Source: a virus (Duplodnaviria; Caudoviricetes). Taken from it: a stretch of 64,000 nt of DNA. Under the pieces are notes generated by a model. The model worked only from the letters and a program-made list of their open reading frames with translations, was not told the DNA's origin and ran no database searches. Below, in pieces: positions 37,101-46,781 of the stretch (its first letter is position 1; the number at the start of each line of letters is the position of its first letter). The stretch covers positions 1 to 64,000 of the IMG/VR virus record IMGVR_UViG_2509276064_000002; one strand, written 5' to 3'. A program made the translations under genes and the position numbers.

Positions 37101-39914
37101 TTATGAAGATCGAGATCTTACGCGAGATTGAGAGCGCATCTGTGCTCTTGCCTGTACGGTAATACTGGCCTGCACCTCTTGATACAGAGAAATTTGTGCA
37201 TCCTCGTGCTCAAGTGACACGACAAGACCATAGCGTTGTAAATCCTCTTCATAGCCCGGGAATTCTTCTTCGCAACCCACTATCAGATGGATTTTATATT
37301 TACCGTCGCTGTGCCTGCATGTTTCCAGCACTTGCGCACGAGTTGTTTCAAAAATATTTGATTGGACGGTTGACCAACTTAGTAGCTCTCCAGTTGGCTT
37401 CATATTGAGCAATTGATTACTCCCGAATGCGACACTTCCACTGCCACCTGTAGATCGAATGCTATCTATCTCACTTGGCGTAAGTCCACGACACATCTTC
37501 ATCCACATTGTACGAGCAACATAAGTCTTACGAGTGTTCCTCACTGGTGGATCGAAGGCGAGAGTAGCTCTTATTTTTCTACGCCCCCTATTACGCACAA
37601 AGTTTTCAGGAAGCTCTAGTTCATAAATATGATACTTACCACTCGCAATCAAATCATCAGCCACTAGAAGCACTCTGTTTGTATCCGAAAATAAGGCCTT
37701 ATCTATAGAGGGCCTACCATAACCAAAAAATCGACGTAACCTTCTCTGCCCTGCCCCTTCTGTTAAACCATTTGTTAGCTTAACTTGTATTTCTTGTGGA
37801 ATAGAAGCACTATGAACAGTAATTGCACGAACTAAATTGGCAGACGGGATTTTACCCATAGGATGAAATATTCTGCGCAATTGGTGTTCGACTTGAGCAC
37901 ATACATGAGTTACTTGAGGAGCAGCAAAGCTAGTTCCCCAACCGAGAGTCAAAAGTGAGCCAGTTGGAAAGTTGTGGTTGAGAAGGACTTCTGCCAAATT
38001 TCGATCGTTATCTTTCCATCTAGCCCAGACGCCGCCAGTGGAAGTAATAGAATAGTTGCCTCCATACGACACCAATTCAGGCTTGACCTGCCTTACAAGG
38101 CCAGAGCCTTTATCAAGAACATTGCCAGTTCTCGTAAAGGGAGAGGGCATTTCCGATTCTACTGGAACAATGGGCGAAGGATCTCTTTCAAAAACATTTG
38201 GGTGTACAGAGGGCTCATCTCTGCGAGCGATCGAACCAACTGTTAAAACATTTGCTCCAGAAGCTGGATCAGCAATAGCGTGTCTTTCCGAAGTCTGAAT
38301 TTCCAGTAAATCCCTACCTAGCTCAGTTCGCATAAACGAGGATGGTATTTCTGGAATGGCATTACCCGAAGAAACCACAACAACTATATTGAGCTCTCTA
38401 GCTATATCATCCAGCATGAGTGCCCATTCCGACTGCCTTCCTCCTCTATAAACTCGATGATTTTCATTTATCGAAAGATTAAATACTCGACACCCATAAG
38501 TATCGTGAAGTGTACGTATTGCATCGGCCATCTGTATACTAGCCCGTTCATCTTCCGCAAAGATGACTCCGCCAGTGCCGTCAGGATTATTTCTCAGCAC
38601 CTTACCACTTAAGACTCGGACTTTAGGTTCCCACTTCCCCGTAGTTAATCCTTCAGTAAGATCTCCATAAACAACAACTCCGGCAACCTGCGTTCCATGA
38701 CCATGCAAGTCAGCAGGCGTGCCTTCGCCCGAAGAAAAATCTATCGCATCTACTACAAGTCCGCTGAGGAAAGGATGGCCAGAAACAATACCAGAATCAA
38801 TTATTGCCGCCAAGGGCATCTCTGTCGTAGATAATTGACTTAAGTCGGGCAATTCAATTGCGTCATCTATTGGCGTGAAACTATCGAAATTGACAGAGGG
38901 GGGGAGGTCGATCCATGACACCATATCTAAGGTGAGCAACTCACTAAGAAGATCGCGGTTCCCTTGCACTTTAGCTACTAACAGACTGCCTGCTATTTCT
39001 TGAGGACCGCCTGGCACCCGCCCCTCTAATTGCTGCACAATCGTCCTAAAGCTCTGCTTATATTGAGAGATATTCAAGTTTTCACCAGGATGCCAAAGGT
39101 CTACATCAAAGAAAAAAGTGTCCTCTCCGATCTGATCGAATTTCTCCCTCAAGCGTGGTCCCATTTTATCTTCGGGGGATAATGATCGCACACTCTGCAA
39201 AGCATCAAAAAGATTCGCACGTTGTACAGCAGTCAAGAAGGAGTTCTGTGTATTACCTTGAGCATACAGATTTGCCTCATCTATGAAGTGCTGCTGATCC
39301 ACTAAACTGGTAAATTGCACAATAAATTTGTAAAGATTTTTCTGAGAACTTCTTATTTTTCTGGAATTGACTCTCTCAATATCCAAACCTTCTACCTGCA
39401 GAATAAAACTTTCTTCTATTAGATTAATCAGGCTGCTTCTTTCTGGGTGGCTCAAAACGTATTTTTTATCGCTCGGTATTCCTAAACTTGCACGCTCAGG
39501 AGACACAACAAAACCCATGCTGGTGTACGGCCCACGGCTCCATTCTTCTAAAAAGGCATGAGCATAATCCGAATTAGAAAAATGGAGGCTAATTTCATAA
39601 CGAGCCCCCATATCAGCTTCTTCTGTATTACTTTCAGACACAATAAATGCTTGGAATTTATCCTCTAACTGCTGACGCTCATCTATCCCCAAAAAACTCA
39701 TCTCAAGAACTAAAAGATTTGTCACCTCTACTTGAGAAGGCCTAATCCTAGTCGGTCTTTCAACTGCTGCATGCATCTGCATCGCAATAGCGCCTTGGTG
39801 CTCTCTCTGGTTCGACCTAAGTGGAGGAGATGCACCAAACGCCGGGCGTTCGGGTCTTCGAGTTTCGCTTTCTTTGAGGCGCTGTAAGATGAGATGATCA
39901 AGTTGTTCTGGCAC
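37101..39914 (-). CDS. ietS: S8 subtilisin-like protease of an IetAS-type pair
   Basis: Triad IIDSG / HGHGTQVAG / GTSFAAP; directly downstream of an AAA ATPase; low GC. Confidence 0.85.
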   Translation of the reverse strand: MPEQLDHLILQRLKESETRRPERPAFGASPPLRSNQREHQGAIAMQMHAAVERPTRIRPSQVEVTNLLVLEMSFLGIDERQQLEDKFQAFIVSESNTEEADMGARYEISLHFSNSDYAHAFLEEWSRGPYTSMGFVVSPERASLGIPSDKKYVLSHPERSSLINLIEESFILQVEGLDIERVNSRKIRSSQKNLYKFIVQFTSLVDQQHFIDEANLYAQGNTQNSFLTAVQRANLFDALQSVRSLSPEDKMGPRLREKFDQIGEDTFFFDVDLWHPGENLNISQYKQSFRTIVQQLEGRVPGGPQEIAGSLLVAKVQGNRDLLSELLTLDMVSWIDLPPSVNFDSFTPIDDAIELPDLSQLSTTEMPLAAIIDSGIVSGHPFLSGLVVDAIDFSSGEGTPADLHGHGTQVAGVVVYGDLTEGLTTGKWEPKVRVLSGKVLRNNPDGTGGVIFAEDERASIQMADAIRTLHDTYGCRVFNLSINENHRVYRGGRQSEWALMLDDIARELNIVVVVSSGNAIPEIPSSFMRTELGRDLLEIQTSERHAIADPASGANVLTVGSIARRDEPSVHPNVFERDPSPIVPVESEMPSPFTRTGNVLDKGSGLVRQVKPELVSYGGNYSITSTGGVWARWKDNDRNLAEVLLNHNFPTGSLLTLGWGTSFAAPQVTHVCAQVEHQLRRIFHPMGKIPSANLVRAITVHSASIPQEIQVKLTNGLTEGAGQRRLRRFFGYGRPSIDKALFSDTNRVLLVADDLIASGKYHIYELELPENFVRNRGRRKIRATLAFDPPVRNTRKTYVARTMWMKMCRGLTPSEIDSIRSTGGSGSVAFGSNQLLNMKPTGELLSWSTVQSNIFETTRAQVLETCRHSDGKYKIHLIVGCEEEFPGYEEDLQRYGLVVSLEHEDAQISLYQEVQASITVQARAQMRSQSRVRSRSS

Positions 39915-39916
39915 AG

Positions 39917-40942
39917 TTATTCCTCGTCAACAGTAGGAGAAGTCGTGCTGTGACGAAAATTTAGAATTTTCTGGCGATCGCGCTGCTTAGCAACGGCACG
40001 AATTAAGTCTTGTTCCTCAACGTACATCCCACCGGCTAGCACTGTCCGCTTGATTGCATCAAGACAAATGCGCTCAACGTCAGCATGGCTAAATCCAACA
40101 AGCTCCCTGCTTATACTTGGAAGAATGTTTGTCTTCTTCAAATTTCTTTTGAGTAGGCGAGTGAGTAAGCGAAGAATTGTTTCTTCATCTGGCTTTTCAA
40201 AACGAAATACCTCATCAAAACGACGCCATAGAGCAGGGTCAAGCGCCTGCTCGAAATTTGTCGCCGCTATTACAAGGGATCTACCTTCAAATCTGTCTAG
40301 CATCTGCAAAAAAGCATTTACGACTCGCTTCAACTCTCCGTGCTCAGTACTATCATCACGAGAACGGCCTATAGCATCAAATTCATCAAAAAATACGACC
40401 CATTGACCACGTGTCACATATTCAAAAACGCGCGACAAATTCGAGGCCGTTTCACCCAATAAACTGGACACCAAACCATCAAACCGGACATATAGCATAG
40501 GAAGACCCAATTCGCTTGCTATAGCCTCGGCAGTAATAGTTTTACCGCACCCTGGTGGTCCACAAAAAAGCAATTTTTGCGCAGGCTTCAAGCTATACAT
40601 TTCTAATATTTCCCACTGCTTGAATTCATTCATCACGTCCCAAAGAGCTTGTTCCTGCCCCTTAGTAGTAAACAGATCCTCCATTCGCTTTTGCGGAGTC
40701 TTTATGTCAAAAAGAGGTAGGCCCTTTTCGGGATCTCGAGGTACGGGCTGTAGGCTAGCAAGGGGAAAATCAGGTCGCGTAGTTGATGCTCCGTTCAATA
40801 GCCGTGTCAGCTCATTAGCCAAGACAACATGCTGTTTTTTACGTTCATCAAGAATAACGTCTTGAGCTGCCTCCATGAACGCGTCATGCTGTCCGGTGGC
40901 ATAGCTTTTGAACATCTTCTTGATCAAATCTGCTCTAGCCAT
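39917..40942 (-). CDS. ietA: AAA+ ATPase of an IetAS-type pair
   Basis: Walker A GPPGCGKT, Walker B FFDEFDAIG, AATN...LDPALWRRFD. Confidence 0.85.
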   Translation of the reverse strand: MARADLIKKMFKSYATGQHDAFMEAAQDVILDERKKQHVVLANELTRLLNGASTTRPDFPLASLQPVPRDPEKGLPLFDIKTPQKRMEDLFTTKGQEQALWDVMNEFKQWEILEMYSLKPAQKLLFCGPPGCGKTITAEAIASELGLPMLYVRFDGLVSSLLGETASNLSRVFEYVTRGQWVVFFDEFDAIGRSRDDSTEHGELKRVVNAFLQMLDRFEGRSLVIAATNFEQALDPALWRRFDEVFRFEKPDEETILRLLTRLLKRNLKKTNILPSISRELVGFSHADVERICLDAIKRTVLAGGMYVEEQDLIRAVAKQRDRQKILNFRHSTTSPTVDEE

Positions 40943-41374
40943 CGCACCCTCTCGAGGAATCCCGATTTACGACTCCCTAATAATCGCTAGAGGCGAAAAA
41001 GAGAGCCTGATTTAGTTGATAACAGAATAACATAGTTATATGATACCGGATTGTGCGCCCCCTACAAAGAAAAAGCACGGTGTATGACCGTGCTTCGTCA
41101 AGTTGTCCCCTGCACTTTCTGACCTTAACCAGTCTAAAGATAAGCAGGCTGGAGGGCGACTGGAAACCATGCCTTAGCGTCAGGTCTAGCGTGGTGAGAC
41201 AGCAAAAAGCCCCCTATCCGAGGGCTGCCCTCCGACTTCACCCGGTCGGCTCGATTGTGGGATGGAGTTAGTGTACCTACGACACTCAGGAGGAACATCC
41301 GCCAAATGGATGAGCCCCCAACAAAAAATCGCCCTCCTGGGGCGTATCAACACTTTCTGGACTGTACGGTTAGT

Positions 41375-41929
41375 CTACTCAGTTCCCACCTTTTCTGCCA
41401 CCCTCCCCTGTTGGTCGGCTCTGGCTCTTGCCAGTGGCGCTTCTGCGTGCCCGTCGCCTAACCGCACGGCCAGGGTCAGCACCGCGACAGCATAAGCGGC
41501 GTGCCGAGCCATATCTGGTTGCCAGCGTCCGCACTCCCGCAAGAGGGTCACTGGAGTCCGGTAAGTTCCTCGCAGCCGGTCCAAAAGTTGCCCTATGGCT
41601 CGGTGGTCAGGTACTCCGCTGCCCAGCAGCTCTTTGATCACCGTCGCTACCTCATGCTCCGTACAGTCACCAATAGGCGTCTGTAGGTAAGTGGCCGTGA
41701 TCGGGCCGCCCATGCCGAGCGTTAGGAAGTCCAGGTCGTCCGGTTGATACCGCCCGTCACCAGGACTGGGAAGCTGCACGGTCCGCACCTTCCATGCCCG
41801 AATAGCTTGATACCAGCATTCGGCGTAAGCCCTCGCTTCCTTGGCCTCCCTCCGCCTTCCAGTGAGCTTCTGGACGGTCTGGCGAGCACGGGTGACGCCA
41901 AGAGGGCGGATAGGGGTGATTGGTAGCAT
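41375..41929 (-). CDS. Paralog of 57035..57673 (putative late regulator)
   Basis: RR.A.EAR.YAE.WYQA.R.W.VR...L.FLTLG......YLQTPIG..TE.EV...YAVAVLTLAV.L.D..AEAPL. Confidence 0.8.
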   Translation of the reverse strand: MLPITPIRPLGVTRARQTVQKLTGRRREAKEARAYAECWYQAIRAWKVRTVQLPSPGDGRYQPDDLDFLTLGMGGPITATYLQTPIGDCTEHEVATVIKELLGSGVPDHRAIGQLLDRLRGTYRTPVTLLRECGRWQPDMARHAAYAVAVLTLAVRLGDGHAEAPLARARADQQGRVAEKVGTE

Positions 41930-42043
41930 GTATCCTCCGGAAGCAGGAGTAGGGCTTGTCCGCCTCTCTAAGTACGTCCCTGACGAACACGAGAAGGCGT
42001 AGTGACAGTACTTCCGCATTCCCCATCTCTCCCTAGGAAGGCC

Positions 42044-42409
42044 ATGATGCACATACTCTCAATGGGACTCATTCTTCTTGTTGCCCTTATTCACGTTTAC
42101 ATCGTGATCTTAGAGATGTTTCTTTGGACGCATCCTCGCGGACGTGCAGCCTTCGGTACCACAGCTGAAGAGGCCCAGACCACGAGGGTGCTGGCTGCAA
42201 ATCAGGGAGTCTATAACGGCTTCTTGGTCGCTGGACTCCTCTGGTCATTGCTGGCACCAGCAGCGTTGGCTCCTCCATTAAAAATATTCTTCCTGATGTG
42301 CGTGATTATTGCCGGGCTGTACGGCACTGCAACTGTTTCCAGGCGTATTCTTTTCGTTCAAGTCATCCCAGCAGTACTGGCTCTTCTTGCCGTTCTTCTC
42401 AGTCGCTAG
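42044..42409 (+). CDS. DUF1304-like membrane protein
   Basis: VALIHVYIVILEMFLW...VLAANQGVYNGFLVAGL. Confidence 0.8.
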   Translation: MMHILSMGLILLVALIHVYIVILEMFLWTHPRGRAAFGTTAEEAQTTRVLAANQGVYNGFLVAGLLWSLLAPAALAPPLKIFFLMCVIIAGLYGTATVSRRILFVQVIPAVLALLAVLLSR

Positions 42410-42536
42410 CCTCCGAGACGAAATAGACAGCACATCCACCAGAGTTTCCATCGGCTTGATCATGTCCTCAACGAGCAGGACAAGGCGTCCTGGCCCAGGG
42501 AATAAGCGAGTTGCAGAACGGCAATTTTGCCAAAAC

Positions 42537-43147
42537 GCACCTCTCCTTCCCCCAAAACTTCACCCCCGCCTCCGAGCGGAGTTTTTACGCCAAGCAGGTT
42601 TACCAGCAGGCTTGCGAGAGCATTCTCGACTCCTTACACTTCAGGCGAGCGTTGCGTTCCGATATCCGGCTGCTTGAGACATCGTGACACTGCGCCAGGA
42701 GTTGCTCGAATGAGCGTTCAATTCAACCACGCCATCATCGCCGCCCACGACCGGCACGCATCCGCGTCCTTCTTCGCGCAGCTATTCGGGTTGTCTGAAC
42801 CCACCTTTTGGGGGCCGTTTGCCAGCGTCACGCTTGAAGAAGGCGTACATCTCCAATTCGCGGAGCCAGGGATACCAGAGATTCAGATGCAGCACTTCGC
42901 CTTCCTGGTTGATGACCCCACTTTTGACCAGATTTACGAACGGATGCAGTTGAGTGGGTTGGAGCACTGGGCCGATCCGCAAGGCACTCTTCCTGGACAG
43001 ATCAACACACACCATGGCGGGCGTGGTGTCTACTTCAAAGATCCCGCTGGGCATGGTTTTGAGATCATCACGCGTCCCTACGGTTCGTCTGTCTGAACTG
43101 ACATAAGCACCTCCCCTTCCAAAACTTCACCTCCGCCTTTCGAGCGG
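42537..43147. repeat. ~42-bp direct repeats (42537-42579, 43107-43147) flanking the VOC gene
   Basis: GCACCTC.CCTTCC...AAAACTTCACC.CCGCCT..CGAGCGG in both copies. Confidence 0.85.
42710..43096 (+). CDS. VOC/glyoxalase family protein
   Basis: FNHAIIAAHD...MQHFAFLV...GRGVYFKDPAGHGFEII. Confidence 0.85.
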   Translation: MSVQFNHAIIAAHDRHASASFFAQLFGLSEPTFWGPFASVTLEEGVHLQFAEPGIPEIQMQHFAFLVDDPTFDQIYERMQLSGLEHWADPQGTLPGQINTHHGGRGVYFKDPAGHGFEIITRPYGSSV

Positions 43148-43166
43148 GGGCATTCAATGTCTCAAA

Positions 43167-43484
43167 CTATTGAATATACATTCTAATCGCAAAGTAGGCG
43201 AGCACGGAGAATACCGCCACAACGGCAACATATATTAGGCGAAATAGAAGGCTCATCCTTTCCCAACTATTAAACCCAGAGATAAAGAAACCTGACGCAA
43301 GGCTAAACGCAAGCAACCCTATCCCCAATTGTGTTAAGAGAAGAATTTTCGGTATTAAAGCGCCCATGAGGATAAAAAATAGTCCCACGTAAAGAAGTAA
43401 CTGAACAGCTTTTTCCAATTTCACTCTGCGCCTCCAACAGTTCTCATCGAGAGATACGCCAGTCAGTTGCACAAAGTTCCCCAT
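43167..43484 (-). CDS. Small 3-TM membrane protein
   Basis: Hydrophobic helices; RBS GGAGG inside a repeated hairpin element; low GC. Confidence 0.6.
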   Translation of the reverse strand: MGNFVQLTGVSLDENCWRRRVKLEKAVQLLLYVGLFFILMGALIPKILLLTQLGIGLLAFSLASGFFISGFNSWERMSLLFRLIYVAVVAVFSVLAYFAIRMYIQ

Positions 43485-43698
43485 GTTCCTCCCCCCAATG
43501 ACAAACCCCCGCCTTCCGAGCGGGGGCTTTTGCTGGCGGTGCGCGTGAGGCCTGAGGGCAGAGGTTCCTCCCTGGAATGACAAACCCCCGCCTTGAGGGT
43601 GTGGCCATGTCTGTCGCACTATCTCCAATGACAAATTCTCGCCAGGCGGAGGAGCTCACTTACAATAAGCAATGCCACATAAACGTAGGTCGCCAATC

Positions 43699-44319
43699 TT
43701 ATTCTTCTATTTGGCTTATTAGTTCTTCGACAAGCTCGTAAACTTTTGTAAGAGGATTAGATCCCGAAGGAGTTGAGCCGTTAGCGATATGATAGACCTC
43801 CAGCTTCTTAGCGTTTTTTATAGCTGTCTTCTGTTCAGGAAGTAGAAATTTGTACATTCCTTGTCTGTTTTTTTCATAGCTACCTTCAACCCTAGAAGTT
43901 AAATCTCGATATATGCTCTCTCTAGGCAAATGGGCTGTCGTGTATCTGAAGTGGAGAAGATACCAAAGTTCAAAACATTCATTTGACCATGCCAGTCTAA
44001 ATCCGTGGGAGTTAGCTTTATTAATAGCATTATCAAAGTTGTCAGCAGGAAAATCGTCCTTATCAAAAACACACCATATTTGGTCAAAATTAATGCCAGA
44101 TGATTTAACGATTTTTGCTGCCTCCGCAATTAAGCTAATGGTATTGCAACCCGTGCCGCACACCTCAACACTTATTGCCAACTTGTGCTCTCTTCGCATC
44201 TCCATAAAGTAGTTCGGTTCAGTTTTTACTCCTTCGCAAACAATTAAATAAGTCTTTTTTATTTTTCTGGAAGGTCTTTTTTTTCCTATTTCACGAGCAG
44301 CCTTCCTCCCCTTAGTCAT
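43699..44319 (-). CDS. rloB: RloB-like protein
   Basis: YLIVCEGVKTEPNYF...QIWCVFDKDDF...LAWSNECFELWYLLHF. Confidence 0.85.
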   Translation of the reverse strand: MTKGRKAAREIGKKRPSRKIKKTYLIVCEGVKTEPNYFMEMRREHKLAISVEVCGTGCNTISLIAEAAKIVKSSGINFDQIWCVFDKDDFPADNFDNAINKANSHGFRLAWSNECFELWYLLHFRYTTAHLPRESIYRDLTSRVEGSYEKNRQGMYKFLLPEQKTAIKNAKKLEVYHIANGSTPSGSNPLTKVYELVEELISQIEE

Positions 44320-45616
44320 TTTTTATAGCCTTCTTTGTAGTATTAAAATCAAACGCACCTAGATACGGAATGGCCCCGTATCTACCTGATATATAATCCT
44401 TTTCGAAGGAAGCATCATTTCTTATCTTCTTACCATCACCCTCGTAATCAGCCAGAGAGTATATTTCAGTCGATCCAATTTTATCCTTCTCGGCAAACCA
44501 TATTTGATCTCTTCTAAGGATTTTAGAATCAAGCAGACTGGTATCGTGTGTAATGAAAACAAGTTGAGCGCCATTTGGGTTTCTCTCCTGGGAGTTAAAC
44601 ATTTTAATTAATGATTTTGTTATAAGTGGATGAAGCTGCGAATCTACTTCATCTACAAATAGAATTCCTCCGCTTTTTAATGCCGCTATTAATAATCCAG
44701 AAAGTGCAAATATCTTCTGGGTACCACTTGACTCATTCTTCTCCAAGTCAAAGCTTTCAGTCCCTACTACTTCTCCTTCATCATTATACTTATGGTGTAT
44801 TGTAATAATCTTTCTATTGGATGCCATTCGAAATTGCTTAACACTTGTTTCCTCTTCATCACCTTCTTCCTCATCTACATCATTCCATTTCTCTCCCAAG
44901 GCGAAGTCTTCTATGTGTAAGTCAGCTGCCCTGAGGACATCTTGTATTTCATCTTTCATCATTCCTTGTTCTAGAAATCTAACACTTAATCCTCTAATAG
45001 CTTTGTCAGAACCCCTGAGAAAGAATAATCGACGAAAAAACTGAAGCACGTTCTTAGGTATCTCTGCATTAAACTGCGCCGCGATTGGCAAAAAGAGTGC
45101 GTTATTCCTAACAAACCTTTTAATCTGATTGGCATCGTAAAAATCAGTTCCATGAGAGATGCTGCCCGAATCTCGATAGAAAATTTTTCTCTCATGATTT
45201 TTAGGGGTCCAATACAACCACTCTTCCATCACTTCTTTATCGTTAACTTCAAATCCATATCTATATTTAATATCATCTATTATGAATATAAGTTCAAATA
45301 AACTTGTCTCTTTTCGACCAGTTTCGTCCAACATAAAGGGTTCAACCTTAATAGGGTCGCCTATTTGCGATCTGGTTGAATCAAACGTAATAAGCTTGCC
45401 CATAAATTCCAATGCTTTGAATATGTTACTCTTGCCGCTAGCATTAGCACCATATATAGCAATTGACTTTAAAATTTTTATTTTTCCAAGATCAACTACA
45501 TTATTAACATCAATTCTAGGATCCCTTGATTTTATCTTTGAAGCAACAAAATCTAAGGTGGCCAACCCTCTGATTGATCGAAAATTTCTCACACTGAACT
45601 GAATAACCATGGTCAC
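44312..45616 (-). CDS. AAA_21/AbiEii-like ABC-type ATPase (RloA-like)
   Basis: GANASGKSN, ESSGTQK, LFVDEVDSQLHP, FITHD, RRDQIWFAEK, YISGRYGAIP. Confidence 0.85.
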   Translation of the reverse strand: MTMVIQFSVRNFRSIRGLATLDFVASKIKSRDPRIDVNNVVDLGKIKILKSIAIYGANASGKSNIFKALEFMGKLITFDSTRSQIGDPIKVEPFMLDETGRKETSLFELIFIIDDIKYRYGFEVNDKEVMEEWLYWTPKNHERKIFYRDSGSISHGTDFYDANQIKRFVRNNALFLPIAAQFNAEIPKNVLQFFRRLFFLRGSDKAIRGLSVRFLEQGMMKDEIQDVLRAADLHIEDFALGEKWNDVDEEEGDEEETSVKQFRMASNRKIITIHHKYNDEGEVVGTESFDLEKNESSGTQKIFALSGLLIAALKSGGILFVDEVDSQLHPLITKSLIKMFNSQERNPNGAQLVFITHDTSLLDSKILRRDQIWFAEKDKIGSTEIYSLADYEGDGKKIRNDASFEKDYISGRYGAIPYLGAFDFNTTKKAIKND

Positions 45617-45952
45617 ACCTCCGAAATTTGAGATTTTTTCTCAAATCCACCCTAACACAGGTCGCCTCCTAAGGGACGACCCTGCTTGGGTAGGCATGAT
45701 GGTTGATAGGCCCGACCGATCTTGCTTACTAGCCACTATGAGCCCGTGCCCAGCGGTCCAGCCATCGTCACGATGCGTTCGTAGTAGGGCACCATGGTCA
45801 GCCACACCTCCTCCGAGCAGCGCCCGCTCCAGCCACGCGTCGATGGCTCGGGCCACAACAGCGCTCAGAGTAGAACGTGCCAGTTGATCCTTTATCAGAT
45901 CACCGTACCGCCCGCACGGCCTTCACAAACAACTTGCGTAGCCCGAAAGACC

Positions 45953-46432
45953 TCACGCCCAGAGCCGCCTCATCAAATCACGCACCTCGACCTGCGTTCG
46001 GTACCTCACGAGTTGCAGCGCAGGCCCGATGTACGGCCCAGGCAGCATGTAGGCCTGGCCAGTGCGTCCGAACCGCAACAGTCCTCCAGGAGGCAGGGTC
46101 TTGAGGTAGGCGTCCAACTGCTGCTGCGTGAGGGTATATGGGCCGGTGCCGTACTCAACGTCTGAGGCGTAGTCCGCTCGGTCGCCCAGTTCGACGAGCA
46201 CGGCCCCCATGACGGCGGACCCGTTGCTGTAGATGCTGTTGAACAGGTGGTTGGAGCGCACGTAGACGTGCCCGGGGACCGTGCCGTAGATGTTCAAGTA
46301 CGCGCCCCGTTGGGCGTGTCTCTCGCCCTCCGCAGCCACCTTCCTCGCTATGGCATCGAGCGCTGTCTGGAGTTGCGCCGCACGACGGGCGAACACAGTC
46401 TTCGAGCCCTTCCGAACCAACCGTCCCGTCAT
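45953..46432 (-). CDS. HK97 gp10-like tail completion protein
   Basis: YASDVEYGT...PYIGPAL motif; unusual position after the chaperone genes. Confidence 0.65.
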   Translation of the reverse strand: MTGRLVRKGSKTVFARRAAQLQTALDAIARKVAAEGERHAQRGAYLNIYGTVPGHVYVRSNHLFNSIYSNGSAVMGAVLVELGDRADYASDVEYGTGPYTLTQQQLDAYLKTLPPGGLLRFGRTGQAYMLPGPYIGPALQLVRYRTQVEVRDLMRRLWA

Positions 46433-46440
46433 ACGTCACC

Positions 46441-46770
46441 TCAAGCAAGCAGGGCCGCCGCCATCTTCTTCGCCACTCCCTTACGCCGTTCAACCTTCTC
46501 GACTTCCAGTTCCTGCTCGGGCAGCCCCTCGCTCTTGCGGCGCAGGTTGCGCAAGTAGCGCCGGAAGGGCGTGTCAACGATCTTGTAATCCTGCTTGCTG
46601 GTGGGCATGGTGCCCACGACCTCTTGCCCCCAGCTGATCTCGCCCACCATGGCCAGCAATTCAGCCTCCTCGGCCAGGGCACGGTACCGAGCCCGCTCCA
46701 GGGCGGCAAGACGAGCGGCAAGGGCGACGTGTGGCGTGGTCATCACCTCGGCGTAGGGCATGTACTCCAT
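46441..46770 (-). CDS. Tail assembly chaperone, C-terminal (gpT-like) frame
   Basis: Open in the -1 frame from the slippery site at 46872-46878. Confidence 0.7.
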   Translation of the reverse strand: MEYMPYAEVMTTPHVALAARLAALERARYRALAEEAELLAMVGEISWGQEVVGTMPTSKQDYKIVDTPFRRYLRNLRRKSEGLPEQELEVEKVERRKGVAKKMAAALLA

Positions 46771-46781
46771 GGCCCGGTCGA

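Noticed and set aside
45641-45900. ORF 45641..45856 as a real gene
   Set aside because: No RBS or -10 signature and competing short frames; probably a junction remnant
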